Part shown: positions 9,770-19,293 of the stretch, piece by piece
Layout of the letters: each line of letters opens with the position of its first letter
Numbering within the stretch: position 1 is the stretch's first letter
Origin: Candidatus Woesebacteria bacterium
GTDB lineage: Bacteria > Patescibacteriota > Microgenomatia > UBA1406 > HO2-37-13b
Length of the DNA: 64,000 nt
Direction: 5' to 3'
NCBI GenBank assembly: GCA_018062135.1
Contig: JAGOSW010000001.1
Coordinates: forward strand, 3,210 to 67,209
Program-made: the position numbers and the translations under genes
Notes under the pieces: generated by a model
Databases searched by the model: none
Told to the model about the DNA's origin: nothing
The model's input: only the letters and a program-made list of their open reading frames with translations

Positions 9770-9949
9770 TTACCTATCTTTGTCTCTAAACCACTCAATT
9801 GAGTTTTTGGGCGCAGGCACTTGGTATTTTGACTCGTCATCATCCTCAATACTTTTCATAATAAGGTGGCGAATGTATTCGGACATGGTCACTCCAAGCT
9901 GTACGCTCATATTCACTTTTATCTGTGTTTGTGAAAGCTTGGTTCCCAT
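9770..9949 (-). CDS. small ribbon-helix-helix-like protein (59 aa), absent from the ORF track
   Basis: Manual translation gives MGTKLSQTQIKVNMSVQLGVTMSEYIRHLIMKSIEDDDESKYQVPAPKNSIEWFRDKDR*. The strand-helix pattern (IKVNMSV.LGVTMSEYIRHLI) is CopG/Arc-like. The upstream sequence is TATAATTAAGGACCC-ATG. Confidence 0.45.
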   Translation of the reverse strand: MGTKLSQTQIKVNMSVQLGVTMSEYIRHLIMKSIEDDDESKYQVPAPKNSIEWFRDKDR

Positions 9950-9998
9950 GGGTCCTTAATTATACCCCTATTGATGGGTCAAATTAAGGACCCTTTTT
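9950..9998 (+). terminator. perfect 12-bp inverted repeat (GGGTCCTTAATT / AATTAAGGACCC), 20-nt loop, followed by T5
   Basis: Arms at 9950-9961 and 9982-9993, with TTTTT at 9994-9998. The left arm is complementary to the Shine-Dalgarno of the small minus-strand ORF. Confidence 0.4.
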
Positions 9999-10037
9999 AG
10001 AGCGAACGTAACGAATGGTCCATCCGTCGCGTGCAGC

Positions 10038-11798
10038 CTACTTTACTGTTACTGATTTAGCAAGATTTCTTGGCTTATCTGGATCTGCTCCGCGGCCGAT
10101 TGCGCAGTAATAGCCGAGGAGCTGGCCGACAATAATGTTGCCCAAGATTGTTAACGGTCCTAAATCGGGTGTGATAATGGTCGTATCAAATTCTGATGCT
10201 TCAAAAGGAGCGATGCCTATAATGCGACCGCCGCGTGCCTTAACTTCTGCAGCAGAAGCACGCACTTCGCTTTCGTAGCCATCATGCGCTCCTAAGACGA
10301 TGCATGGTGTACCTTTATCTATTAAGGCAATGACGCCATGCTTTAGCTCTCCAGATGAGAAAGCCTCGCCATGGATATAGCTCGTTTCTTTTACCTTTAG
10401 TGAACATTCCATGGCAGCAGGATACTGGAGATCCTTACCTAGAAAATATATATGTTCATTCGTAAGTAAATTCGCCGCAAGCTGTGTTATGTCGTCGACA
10501 GTTTCTTTAGTAAGCCAGGATTTAAGCTTACCCCCTGCCTCGACAATCTCTTGGCGTAAGTCCTTTGGTTTATCTCCGCAAAGACCAGCAAGTCTATACA
10601 TTGTTGCTAATTGTGCAGTGAATGCTTTTGTCGAGACAACAGCAATTTCTGGCCCACTTCCAACCATAAGTGCGACGTCGCTTATGCGCTCGAGCGTTGA
10701 ACCCCGTGCATTTATCGCTGAAATAATTTTTGCACCTTTCTTCTTAGCCTTCTTTACAGCTATTAGCGTGTCAGCTGTTTCACCACTCTGCGATATCGTG
10801 ATGAGAACGGTATGCTTATCAGCGAACTCAATTGTTGAAGCCGATTCATATGCACCACACATTTCAGACGCAACACCATGTTGTGCAAGCATATACTTTG
10901 TAATGAGCGCGCAAAAACCAGCAGATCCGCAGGCGGTAATAATAACTTTTTGCGCATTCTTAACTAAATCTGCCGCCGCTATCAGCTCGTCGTCATTAAT
11001 CTTTGCTGTCTTTGGGATAGTGACGAGCTGCTCCATGATCTCTTTGAGCATATAATGGGAGTAACCGCCTTTTTGAGCCTCTTCTGCTTCCCAATCGATT
11101 GTTGTGGGCACTACATGAAGTGTTTTTTTTGAGGCAATATTGAAAACTTCGCAACCCTTCGCACTTATTATTGCTCCTTGTCCATCATCAAGAAAAACAA
11201 CATCTTTTGTGTATTGCAAAAAGGCAGTAACATCTGAACCAATAAAATATTCATCTTTGCCGATTCCTACAATTATCGGCGATCCGTCACGACATACGCC
11301 AATCTCGCTTGTTTTAAGATTGAGAACGCAGATTGCATTAGATCCAGCCAACATGCTAAATGTTTTGCAAAGTGCCGACTTAAAATCTAAGTCGCGCATG
11401 TTCTTCTCAATAAGATGCGCAATAACCTCCGTATCTGTCTCAGAAACAAAGGTATTGCCTTCAGCGATAAGTTGAGCTTTTAGCTCCTGGTAATTCTCAA
11501 CAATGCCATTATGGACGACGGCAATGGTCTCATCCGCATTAAGATGCGGGTGCGCATTTAACTGTGTGACACCCCCATGGGTCGCCCAACGTGTATGGCC
11601 AATGCCAATATTGCTGTTGGGCAGCGTTGTCTCAGCGTCACCAATCTTTCCAACTTTCTTCTCTACAGCGATTTTCTCACCTTTTCCAACTGCAATACCC
11701 CAGCTATCATAGCCGCGATATTCAAGCGTTTTTAACCCTTCTAAAATCATTTTCGGACTGTCCTGACGGTTTCCAACGTATGCAAAAATTCCACACAT
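10038..11798 (-). CDS. glmS: glutamine--fructose-6-phosphate aminotransferase (isomerizing)
   Basis: Ntn start MCGIFAYVG, two SIS domains, full length of 586 aa, and a typical C-terminal end. Confidence 0.97.
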   Translation of the reverse strand: MCGIFAYVGNRQDSPKMILEGLKTLEYRGYDSWGIAVGKGEKIAVEKKVGKIGDAETTLPNSNIGIGHTRWATHGGVTQLNAHPHLNADETIAVVHNGIVENYQELKAQLIAEGNTFVSETDTEVIAHLIEKNMRDLDFKSALCKTFSMLAGSNAICVLNLKTSEIGVCRDGSPIIVGIGKDEYFIGSDVTAFLQYTKDVVFLDDGQGAIISAKGCEVFNIASKKTLHVVPTTIDWEAEEAQKGGYSHYMLKEIMEQLVTIPKTAKINDDELIAAADLVKNAQKVIITACGSAGFCALITKYMLAQHGVASEMCGAYESASTIEFADKHTVLITISQSGETADTLIAVKKAKKKGAKIISAINARGSTLERISDVALMVGSGPEIAVVSTKAFTAQLATMYRLAGLCGDKPKDLRQEIVEAGGKLKSWLTKETVDDITQLAANLLTNEHIYFLGKDLQYPAAMECSLKVKETSYIHGEAFSSGELKHGVIALIDKGTPCIVLGAHDGYESEVRASAAEVKARGGRIIGIAPFEASEFDTTIITPDLGPLTILGNIIVGQLLGYYCAIGRGADPDKPRNLAKSVTVK

Positions 11799-11859
11799 AA
11801 TAGTAATAGTTAAAATAATAATGAGAATCGCACAAAAAGATCAGTTCATAGAAGAAAAC

Positions 11860-12023
11860 GCGGTACGCTGTGTATATGCTTTCGTATCCTTTCAGTTACC
11901 TGAAAGCTTTAAAAGCTTATTTAAGGTCGACAGCTTGGTTTCGACCTGAGGGCACCCGCAGATTATTCGCTAACCCCCTCCTCGTATCCCTTCCATCTTG
12001 CGATGAAGTCGGGCCACACGCTT
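11860..12023 (-). ncRNA. glmS ribozyme (GlcN6P-dependent self-cleaving riboswitch) in the glmS 5' leader
   Basis: The minus strand reads AGCGUGUGGCCCGACUUCAUCGCAAGAUGGAAGGGAUACGAGGAGGGGGUUAGCGAAUAAUCUGCGGGUGCCCUCAGGUCGAAACC.... This matches the conserved glmS core as I recall it (A/GCG cleavage-site context, GGAAGGGAUACGAGG, GGUUAGCGAA, GCGGGUGCC). It lies directly upstream of glmS. The ends are approximate. Confidence 0.85.
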
Positions 12024-12111
12024 TAAAAGTTTATTTCACCCAGACGTATTGTCAGGGAACGATTAATGTCTACCGTAGTTGTATTGTAGGACCAAAGGGG
12101 AAGTAAGTCAA

Positions 12112-12744
12112 TTATTCGGTAGGATATGTAGGTTGTGGATCGATTGGAATAATAGGTCCAGAAGATGTCGGTTGTGGCCTTGACGTTGGTGTGGCAGTCG
12201 GATAATATCTTCCTGTTGGATAGGTTGTTGGGTATGGTCGTGATGTTGGAGTTGGCGTTGATGCTGGCGTTCCTGTCGGCCCCCATGGATATGTAGGTGT
12301 TGGTAGCGGACCACCTGGTGTAGATGTAGGCATTGGACATCGATTACACATGTCGGCCATGAAATATCCCATGGACTGAATATTGCTTCTGATTTGATCA
12401 AGTTTTTCGCACGTAGTTAGTCCTGCTTGTGGTGCAAAAGCAGTATTCGGGCCTCCAGTAGGTTGTGGTGGACAATTAAGCTCTTTCTTAATTGAATCAA
12501 TATCTGCATGAGAGAACTCTACGTATTGTTGATATGAATCACATGAAATTGGCTCTCGGAAATTTGGATCGAGCGTATCCGCTCTTGGTGCCGTGTTAAT
12601 TTGTGTTTCTGATGTGCCGACTTGAGTAGAAACAGTAATTAGAAGATAGGTGAGAAGAACTAGGAAGCCAACTATAGAGAAAATTGCCCACTTGCTTCTC
12701 AATAAGCCAGTGTGAAGATTTTTTACATGGGCATCATTTTCCAT
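12112..12744 (-). CDS. membrane-anchored secreted protein with Cys-containing domain and Pro/Thr/Tyr-rich C-terminus
   Basis: N-terminal TM segment WAIFSIVGFLVLLTYLLITV, six Cys, and a C-terminal PTxTP/YP low-complexity tail. Chosen over two overlapping alternative-frame ORFs. Confidence 0.65.
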   Translation of the reverse strand: MENDAHVKNLHTGLLRSKWAIFSIVGFLVLLTYLLITVSTQVGTSETQINTAPRADTLDPNFREPISCDSYQQYVEFSHADIDSIKKELNCPPQPTGGPNTAFAPQAGLTTCEKLDQIRSNIQSMGYFMADMCNRCPMPTSTPGGPLPTPTYPWGPTGTPASTPTPTSRPYPTTYPTGRYYPTATPTSRPQPTSSGPIIPIDPQPTYPTE

Positions 12745-12765
12745 TATTTATTTAGAATAGAGTAT

Positions 12766-13779
12766 TTAAAGGACATTTGCAAGTTGGCCTACAACGTCAA
12801 CAACCCGGTTTGAGTAGCCCCATTCATTGTCATACCAGCCGTAGCACTTTACAAAAGTCCCGTTTAGAACGGCAGTATAGTGTGGGTCGAAGGTACACGA
12901 TGCAGAAGCACCAATGTAATCGGCAGAAACAAGCTCGTCTTCTGCATAGTCAAGAATATTTTTAAGGTCACTACCTGCGTGTTTTTTAAAGGCTGCATTA
13001 ATTTCATCAACAGTAACAGGTTTTTTTAGTATTGCAGTTATGTCTGTAATAGAGCCGCTAGGAGTAGGGACACGGAAAGCCATGCCACCCATATGGTCGG
13101 CATGCAAATCGGTTACCTTACATACTGCGTCCGAAGCTCCTGTCGTCGTTGGAATAATCGAGACAGCGGCCGCGCGGCTGCGCGTAAACTTATCTGCAGG
13201 ATTATCAACCAACATCTGCGAACTCGTATATGCGTGAATCGTCGAGATAAACGAGGTCTCAACTCCAAATTCATCCTGCAAGATCTTCATCATAACCGCC
13301 GCGCAATTTGTTGTACATGACGCGTTCGAAATAATATCTGAGCCTTCCCAGTCGAACGCATCGCTATTAACCCCCATGACCACATGGGGAATAGTCTCAT
13401 CTTTCGCGGGAACCGTTAAAATAACTTTCTTTACTGTCCCGCGCAAATGCTTTTTTAAATCCTCTCTTGTTTTAAATACGCCAGTACAGTCGATTATGAC
13501 TTCTGCACCAGTCTCTTCCCAAGGAATTTCTTCTGGATTGCGAATGTTGTAGGCCTTTATGAAGCGTCCACTTAAAGAAATACCATCTTCCACTTTCTTT
13601 ACTGGCTTATTGAATGTGCGATAGGTGGAATCGTATTTAAGTGAATATGCGAGTTGTGCTGGAGTAGTTTTCGAGGTGTTAATAGCAACCAACTCAAAGA
13701 AGTCCTTCTCTGAAGCGATGCGAGCGATTGCTCTTCCGATACGACCAAATCCATTGAGACCAACCTTAATCTTCTTCAT
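12766..13779 (-). CDS. gap: type I glyceraldehyde-3-phosphate dehydrogenase
   Basis: NGFGRIGR Rossmann motif and the active site SNASCTTNC. Confidence 0.95.
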   Translation of the reverse strand: MKKIKVGLNGFGRIGRAIARIASEKDFFELVAINTSKTTPAQLAYSLKYDSTYRTFNKPVKKVEDGISLSGRFIKAYNIRNPEEIPWEETGAEVIIDCTGVFKTREDLKKHLRGTVKKVILTVPAKDETIPHVVMGVNSDAFDWEGSDIISNASCTTNCAAVMMKILQDEFGVETSFISTIHAYTSSQMLVDNPADKFTRSRAAAVSIIPTTTGASDAVCKVTDLHADHMGGMAFRVPTPSGSITDITAILKKPVTVDEINAAFKKHAGSDLKNILDYAEDELVSADYIGASASCTFDPHYTAVLNGTFVKCYGWYDNEWGYSNRVVDVVGQLANVL

Positions 13780-13793
13780 AAGAAGATTATATA

Positions 13794-14513
13794 TTATTCT
13801 GCGGCTGGTTTTTCTTCGTCTGCTTTATCACTACCTTCGGCAGGAGCTTCTCCAGCTGGAGCCTCAGCACCTTCGCCTTCAGTTGCTTCACCTTCAACAA
13901 TAGCTGCGTCAGTTTCTGGCTCAAGTGATTCTTCTTTATGTTCAGCAATACGGATAATGACTGTTTCTGCTTCATCAGTGATTGTATAGTTGCCGGCTTT
14001 CTTTAAGTCAGAAACTTTTACCTCATCACCAATTTCTTTAAGATGAGAAATGTCTATTTCTATCTCTTGTGGCATATCGGTTGGGAGTGCCTCAACATAG
14101 AGCGAATTGACAAGAGTCATCATGTCACCCTTATTTTGTGCAACTGCCTCAGATTCGCCAATAATAATTACTGGAACTTGAGCTTCAAGTTTTATACTAA
14201 GATTGACCTTTTTAAATTCTGCATGAATAAACACATCCGTAACTGGATCGGTCTGGACATTTTGAATCATTGAAGGAATTTCTTCTTTGTCGACGGCGAG
14301 GTATATTACTTGTGTAAGACCAGCAGCTTGAAGAGCTTTTTTAAACTCTTTACCATCAATTTGGATTGAAATTGAAGCTAAATCTTTTCCATATACATTT
14401 GCTGGAAGTTTGCCTTCTGCACGTACATTTCTAGCTTTTTTTCCAAGTCGATCTCTTTTTTCGACGGTTAGGAGAATTTTATCGTGGGTTTTCTTTGTAT
14501 CTTTAGCTGCCAT
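13794..14513 (-). CDS. rplY: 50S ribosomal protein L25 / general stress protein Ctc form
   Basis: N-terminus R...GK..AR..R..GK.PA..YG and a two-domain Ctc length with an acidic C-terminal tail. Confidence 0.88.
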   Translation of the reverse strand: MAAKDTKKTHDKILLTVEKRDRLGKKARNVRAEGKLPANVYGKDLASISIQIDGKEFKKALQAAGLTQVIYLAVDKEEIPSMIQNVQTDPVTDVFIHAEFKKVNLSIKLEAQVPVIIIGESEAVAQNKGDMMTLVNSLYVEALPTDMPQEIEIDISHLKEIGDEVKVSDLKKAGNYTITDEAETVIIRIAEHKEESLEPETDAAIVEGEATEGEGAEAPAGEAPAEGSDKADEEKPAAE

Positions 14514-14520
14514 AGTTTTT

Positions 14521-16797
14521 TTATTCTTTTATAAATTGCAAGACAAATATTTTGTCTGTTGATAAGGAGCTATTGTAGCCTACTGCATTGTTTTTTGCAA
14601 GGCTCTTAAAGTTTTGATCAGTAATAAACATATTGTTCGGAAAATACACTTCAAATGTGAAATCACTATTAAATGCGCCAATTTGTTTTTGGATAACAAC
14701 CTGGTATGTATTTTGCCCCGTAATCGCCTTTGACTTTAGTGCATACGTCACATTTACATATGATGATGAAGAAGGTTGAACTTCAATAAGCATGCCGAGA
14801 ATCTTAAAGAAACCTGATTTTGTCTCGTCATAATCTTCCACTACGACGCCATCAATATCAATGCTTTCAATTTCGGCGTCGTTAGGAAGATAAAGCTGAA
14901 AGTAGTTTGTATATTTTCCTCCAGGAAACTGGTCGGCAGCTGATTTATTAGTAAAATTAATACTCAGTTCATTTTTTACTGAACCATCGCGATCAAATCG
15001 GGAAGTCAGATGCATAAACTTACTTACAAAGTAATTCGCTTTGTTTACTCCCAGGTTCGCGTCTACAGGAAAGATGTGATTAATAATACAATTGTCTTCT
15101 TCTGTTGTGCATTGCGGATAGACTGTTTGGCCAGACCAATGTAATCGCTCAATATCTCTTTGGAATGCTGCATCCTTCATAAACATTACAGCATGCTTTT
15201 CATCAAAAGATTTACGAAGACCTTTGGCGAGTAGAGCAGGCGACGCATCTTCTAGTTTTAAGAAAAGCATCTTTCCGATAGACGAAAGATAGTTTTTCTT
15301 TTGTTTTGAACCTGGAAAGAAGTCTTTTTCCGTTTGAGCTTGGGTTTTTAAGTAAAAATTGTCTTTATTTATAGTTTCTTCAAAATCTGGAACATAGACA
15401 TCGCCGAAAGCTTCGAGAATATACGTCATCGCAGTTGTGGTTATACCCATGGCACCATCGAACTCCCCTATTTGGAGCTCCTTATCAAGAAAATATTCTG
15501 CGGTTTTTACATTCTGTTCGAAGTCCGGGCTAAAATTTGAGTCGCGAAGAAACCAATGGGGCTGACCAAGGTGTAATCTTATTGCCTTTGGAGGCTCTAT
15601 ATGGGCTACCAGTTGACCATCGGCATCATACACATCATAAATCTTAAAATCTTTCAGCGAATAATGGTCAAATGAAACATGGGCAAAAGATCCAATAAAG
15701 CCGCCACCTGGCCTTATTTCCATATTGTTATAGAAGAAGATAATGTAGCTTTTTGTTCCGTCTTTTGCCAAGAGGGAATCTGCATGTGTCATAAGAACGC
15801 GCGCAGTTTCTAGGTAATTATGAATATCACTAAAGCGCGCCTGGATTTTCTTTACTTTTTCGTTCTCAAAAGTAAGCGTATCTTTGATTGACCCCGAGGA
15901 TCTATACAAAATTTCTATTTCTTCATTTATGCGTGTTATGTGACTTTCCATAGTCGCAATATCTTCAGGAGTTTTTTGGGTTTTTAAAAGTAATGTAAAA
16001 AGTGTTCGCGCATCATCCTTTGCTATTAACGCGGTTTCTGCGAACTCATAGCCGTTTTTTTGAACTTGGATAAGGTTCTCAGGTGTTAGAGTGAAAAAGA
16101 GAAACGATAACAGTGGCCTTGACACTGCATACGACTGTTCGGTAAGTTTTAAGAATGGTTTTCCTTGTCTGAGTAGTTGCTGTGCCTTTACGATTTGCTG
16201 TTTTTCTAATGCTTGACCAGCCTTATATAAAAAATACCCAGAAACTCCCATTGGAAGAATAAAGAATGTCTCAATAAGCAGTATGAATAGCACCGCTGCA
16301 ACAACCCAACGTGCTTTAGTCATTCGTGGTGGTGTAAACACAAAGCGCTTTTTCTTTTCAGTCACCGGTTTTGCTTTTAGTGTTTTTTCTAAGTTGAGCC
16401 CTTTTTCTCTCGACGTTGTTGTCGCAAACCACACAATTTTATCAATATATTCACCATGTGATTCGTCCGGATCGAGATTAATTATTCTTAAACTTGTGTA
16501 CTCATCGGTTCGTGCGAGTTCAACCAAATGATTAAAAGTGTTTGTTTCATGCGTAATAACAACAATATTTTGGTGTCTATTCGCTAATTGCTTAAAAAAT
16601 GAGCGACCAAATTCCTTGTCATAGAAAACAAATACATATGTGTAGGGTTTTAAACTTTCTGGAAGTTCTTCGACCTCATTAACAGAAGTACCAAAACGCT
16701 TAAGATGATCGACCAAAGCAATAAGAGCTGGAGTTTGTTTTGTGCGTACAAATAGAGCCAATGGTCCATCGGATTGTTCTTCGGTGACAAAATACAT
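14521..16797 (-). CDS. DUF4012 domain-containing membrane-anchored protein
   Basis: Motif NNMEIRPGGGFIGSF is typical of DUF4012. One TM (WVVAAVLFILLIETFFILPMGV). 758 aa. Confidence 0.75.
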   Translation of the reverse strand: MYFVTEEQSDGPLALFVRTKQTPALIALVDHLKRFGTSVNEVEELPESLKPYTYVFVFYDKEFGRSFFKQLANRHQNIVVITHETNTFNHLVELARTDEYTSLRIINLDPDESHGEYIDKIVWFATTTSREKGLNLEKTLKAKPVTEKKKRFVFTPPRMTKARWVVAAVLFILLIETFFILPMGVSGYFLYKAGQALEKQQIVKAQQLLRQGKPFLKLTEQSYAVSRPLLSFLFFTLTPENLIQVQKNGYEFAETALIAKDDARTLFTLLLKTQKTPEDIATMESHITRINEEIEILYRSSGSIKDTLTFENEKVKKIQARFSDIHNYLETARVLMTHADSLLAKDGTKSYIIFFYNNMEIRPGGGFIGSFAHVSFDHYSLKDFKIYDVYDADGQLVAHIEPPKAIRLHLGQPHWFLRDSNFSPDFEQNVKTAEYFLDKELQIGEFDGAMGITTTAMTYILEAFGDVYVPDFEETINKDNFYLKTQAQTEKDFFPGSKQKKNYLSSIGKMLFLKLEDASPALLAKGLRKSFDEKHAVMFMKDAAFQRDIERLHWSGQTVYPQCTTEEDNCIINHIFPVDANLGVNKANYFVSKFMHLTSRFDRDGSVKNELSINFTNKSAADQFPGGKYTNYFQLYLPNDAEIESIDIDGVVVEDYDETKSGFFKILGMLIEVQPSSSSYVNVTYALKSKAITGQNTYQVVIQKQIGAFNSDFTFEVYFPNNMFITDQNFKSLAKNNAVGYNSSLSTDKIFVLQFIKE

Positions 16798-16822
16798 AGT
16801 TTAAGTATAATATGTAGAACAT

Positions 16823-17293
16823 ATGGCACAAATAGTACCCCTTTCATCATATCAGGCTTTGCCAGGTAAGACCGTTGCGATAAGCGGTTGCTTCGATATT
16901 CTCCATATTGGTCACATTCGTTTTATAGAAGCTGCACGCAAGAAGGGCGACCTTCTTGTAGTCTTGCTCGAGAGTGACGATTTCATAGCTAAGTATAAAA
17001 TGCGTAAACCGTTTCATAATCAAGCAGAGCGCGCCGAACTTTTGAGCCACATCAGAGAGGTGGACGTTGTTGTGTTGCTCCCCTTTATGACCAAAGAATT
17101 AATGTATATCGACATGTGGAAAAAAGTATCACCAGCAATCATTGCACTTACTGCCGGAGACACATATCTTAACGAGAAGATTGCCCAGGGGACAGAAGTA
17201 GGTGCTAAGGTTGTCGAAGTCACTCCTTTGATTAAAGGAAAATCGACGACTCTTGCACTCACCTTTAATCCAATTAGAAGTGTTCTCGATTAG
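16823..17293 (+). CDS. cytidylyltransferase-like (adenylyl/cytidylyl-transferase) family protein
   Basis: HxGH nucleotidyltransferase motif GCFDILHIGH. 156 aa. Confidence 0.8.
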   Translation: MAQIVPLSSYQALPGKTVAISGCFDILHIGHIRFIEAARKKGDLLVVLLESDDFIAKYKMRKPFHNQAERAELLSHIREVDVVVLLPFMTKELMYIDMWKKVSPAIIALTAGDTYLNEKIAQGTEVGAKVVEVTPLIKGKSTTLALTFNPIRSVLD

Positions 17294-17294
17294 A

Positions 17295-17558
17295 TTAAAA
17301 CGGAAGTAGTCCTTTTGACTTTGCGATAAATACGCCGGACTGAAGAAGGAATAGTACTGCAATAAGAAAAAGTGTTTTTATAATACCCCGTTTAGTTACG
17401 CGCGCTTCCTCGACATCCTCTGCAGAAAGAATTATGGATGAGGTTTTCTTTTCAGATGGCTTTGCAGGAGATTGTTTCATCACTGCTTGCACTGTTTCTG
17501 GTTTCTTTGTCAGCTTTAGTGAAGTTTTTACTTTTTGTTTTCTCGTTTTTCGTGCCAT
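17295..17558 (-). CDS. small Lys-rich membrane protein
   Basis: An 87-aa ORF with a basic N-terminus and a C-terminal TM. No homology recognised. Confidence 0.45.
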   Translation of the reverse strand: MARKTRKQKVKTSLKLTKKPETVQAVMKQSPAKPSEKKTSSIILSAEDVEEARVTKRGIIKTLFLIAVLFLLQSGVFIAKSKGLLPF

Positions 17559-17612
17559 GCATCTATTCTATCACACAGAATTTCATTGACACCCAAGCTG
17601 AAACCATATACA

Positions 17613-18074
17613 ATGATTTTCATCATGACACTCCTATACGGTGCACTGGGACTGGCTTTTCTTTGGTTGGGAGCGTTGAGCTTTTTTGTATTTCGCGCTG
17701 TGAGCCATTATAAGAAACTCTCAAGTCGCACCGGTTCAAAAAGCATTGACGCAATCCTTGACGACATAGTAGACCAACATGTTTCAAACGAGAAAGACAT
17801 TACTCTTCTAAAAGAAGGCATTGTGACACTTGAAACCCAGGCAAAGAAACATTTACAACGCGTTGGATTTGTAAAGTTCAATCCTTTTGATCGCGCCGGA
17901 GGAGAACAGAGCTTTGTGCTCGCACTTCTTGACAGTAATAATACTGGCATAGTAAAAACTTTTATGTACACCCGCGAAGGAGTTAGAATCTACGTGAAGC
18001 AAGTTCTCTTAGGAAAACCTGTAGAATATGAGCTTTCTGATGAGGAAAAAGAAGCCATCAGGCTGGCTCAATAA
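17613..18074 (+). CDS. DUF4446-like membrane-anchored protein
   Basis: N-terminal TM followed by FNPFDRAGGEQSFVLALLD. Start moved to ATG 17613 from the track's 17535. Confidence 0.55.
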   Translation: MIFIMTLLYGALGLAFLWLGALSFFVFRAVSHYKKLSSRTGSKSIDAILDDIVDQHVSNEKDITLLKEGIVTLETQAKKHLQRVGFVKFNPFDRAGGEQSFVLALLDSNNTGIVKTFMYTREGVRIYVKQVLLGKPVEYELSDEEKEAIRLAQ

Positions 18075-18118
18075 AACTTATTGTTGAAAATTATTAAACA
18101 TTTTTATACCATTCAACC

Positions 18119-19288
18119 ATGAACAAAAAATTTGTTTTTGTGGCAGCTTTTCTTACTTATTGTATATCCCTTTATTTTTCTTACAGTTTCTTTACCGGTA
18201 ATTCTTCATCTGGAAGTCTAAGAATAATGAATCAGGGTGGAACTGATAAGGTAGATGTAACTCAAGCTGTGGCTGATGGAGAAGAACAAATTCCTGGAAA
18301 ACTTACAGAGGAATGCCCTCTTAACGGACTAAAACTAACAGAAACTCATAAAAAACGATGGGAAGCTCGACGCCCAATGGGCATCATGATAGAAAACCAT
18401 CTTGAAGCACGACCACAGTCTGGCCTTACTTCTGCTGATGTAGTCTACGAATTTGTCGCCGAAGGTGGCATTACACGATTCCTAACTATGTTTTACTGTA
18501 AGGATGCACGATATGTTGGTCCTGTGCGATCTGCACGTGTGTATTTTGTAGAAATGGTTCGTGGATATGGTAATAATCCTCTCTACGTTCATGTAGGTGG
18601 TGCTAATCATCCTGGAAAAGCAGACGCACTAGGAATGATTTCAAAGTTAAAATGGGCAGGTTACAATGATCTAAATCAATTCTCAGTACCATTCCCTATT
18701 TTTGCACGTGACTATGAAAGGTTGCCTGGAGTTGCCACAGAACATACGATGTATTCCTCAACGCAAAAACTTTGGAAGTATGCGGCTGACAAAAGAAAGC
18801 TCGCTGCAGAAGATGAAGACGGCGTAAAGTGGGACGAGGATTTTGAAACCTGGGAATTTAAAGATGGTAAAGCATCAAGTAGTCCTACAGCTCCAAAAAT
18901 CTCCTACGACTATTGGGAAGGTCGCGCAGATTATGCAGTAAGCTGGAATTATGATGCGGCTACAAATACGTATAAAAGATTTCAAAATGGCAAGCCGCAT
19001 GAGGATAAAAATAATAAAAAACAACTTTACGCATTCAACGTAGTTGTCGCGTCAATGAAAGAGTCTCCTGCAAATGATGGTTACGATGGAGGGCATCTGT
19101 TATATAAGACATTAGGCTCAGGGAAAGCAGTTGTATTCCAAAATGGTGAAGCTGTTGAGGGCACATGGAAGAAACCAAAAGAAGAAGACATGATTCGTTT
19201 TTTTGATAAATCCGGTAAAGAAATAGAACTTGTGCGGGGTCTTACCTGGGTTTCTGCTATACCTGAAGGAAACGAAGTTACATATTAA
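18119..19288 (+). CDS. DUF3048 (YerB-like) domain protein, secreted/lipoprotein-like
   Basis: Signal anchor plus RPQSGLTSADVVYEFVAEGGITRFLTMF, characteristic of DUF3048. Confidence 0.75.
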   Translation: MNKKFVFVAAFLTYCISLYFSYSFFTGNSSSGSLRIMNQGGTDKVDVTQAVADGEEQIPGKLTEECPLNGLKLTETHKKRWEARRPMGIMIENHLEARPQSGLTSADVVYEFVAEGGITRFLTMFYCKDARYVGPVRSARVYFVEMVRGYGNNPLYVHVGGANHPGKADALGMISKLKWAGYNDLNQFSVPFPIFARDYERLPGVATEHTMYSSTQKLWKYAADKRKLAAEDEDGVKWDEDFETWEFKDGKASSSPTAPKISYDYWEGRADYAVSWNYDAATNTYKRFQNGKPHEDKNNKKQLYAFNVVVASMKESPANDGYDGGHLLYKTLGSGKAVVFQNGEAVEGTWKKPKEEDMIRFFDKSGKEIELVRGLTWVSAIPEGNEVTY

Positions 19289-19293
19289 GATCT

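Noticed and set aside
10411-11055. A 214-aa ORF antisense to glmS. Similar long antisense ORFs occur at 53125-53595 and 53683-54117 (typA), 56522-57013, 27472-27831 and 20819-21214.
   Set aside because: These are shadow ORFs opposite well-supported conserved genes. They have low-complexity Ser/Ala/Ile-rich products and no start context.
11870-12401. ORFs 11870-12106 (+), 12023-12340 (-) and 12108-12401 (-).
   Set aside because: The first two overlap the glmS ribozyme. The second and third are alternative frames of the Pro/Thr-rich gene 12112-12744, which has the N-terminal TM and a sensible start.
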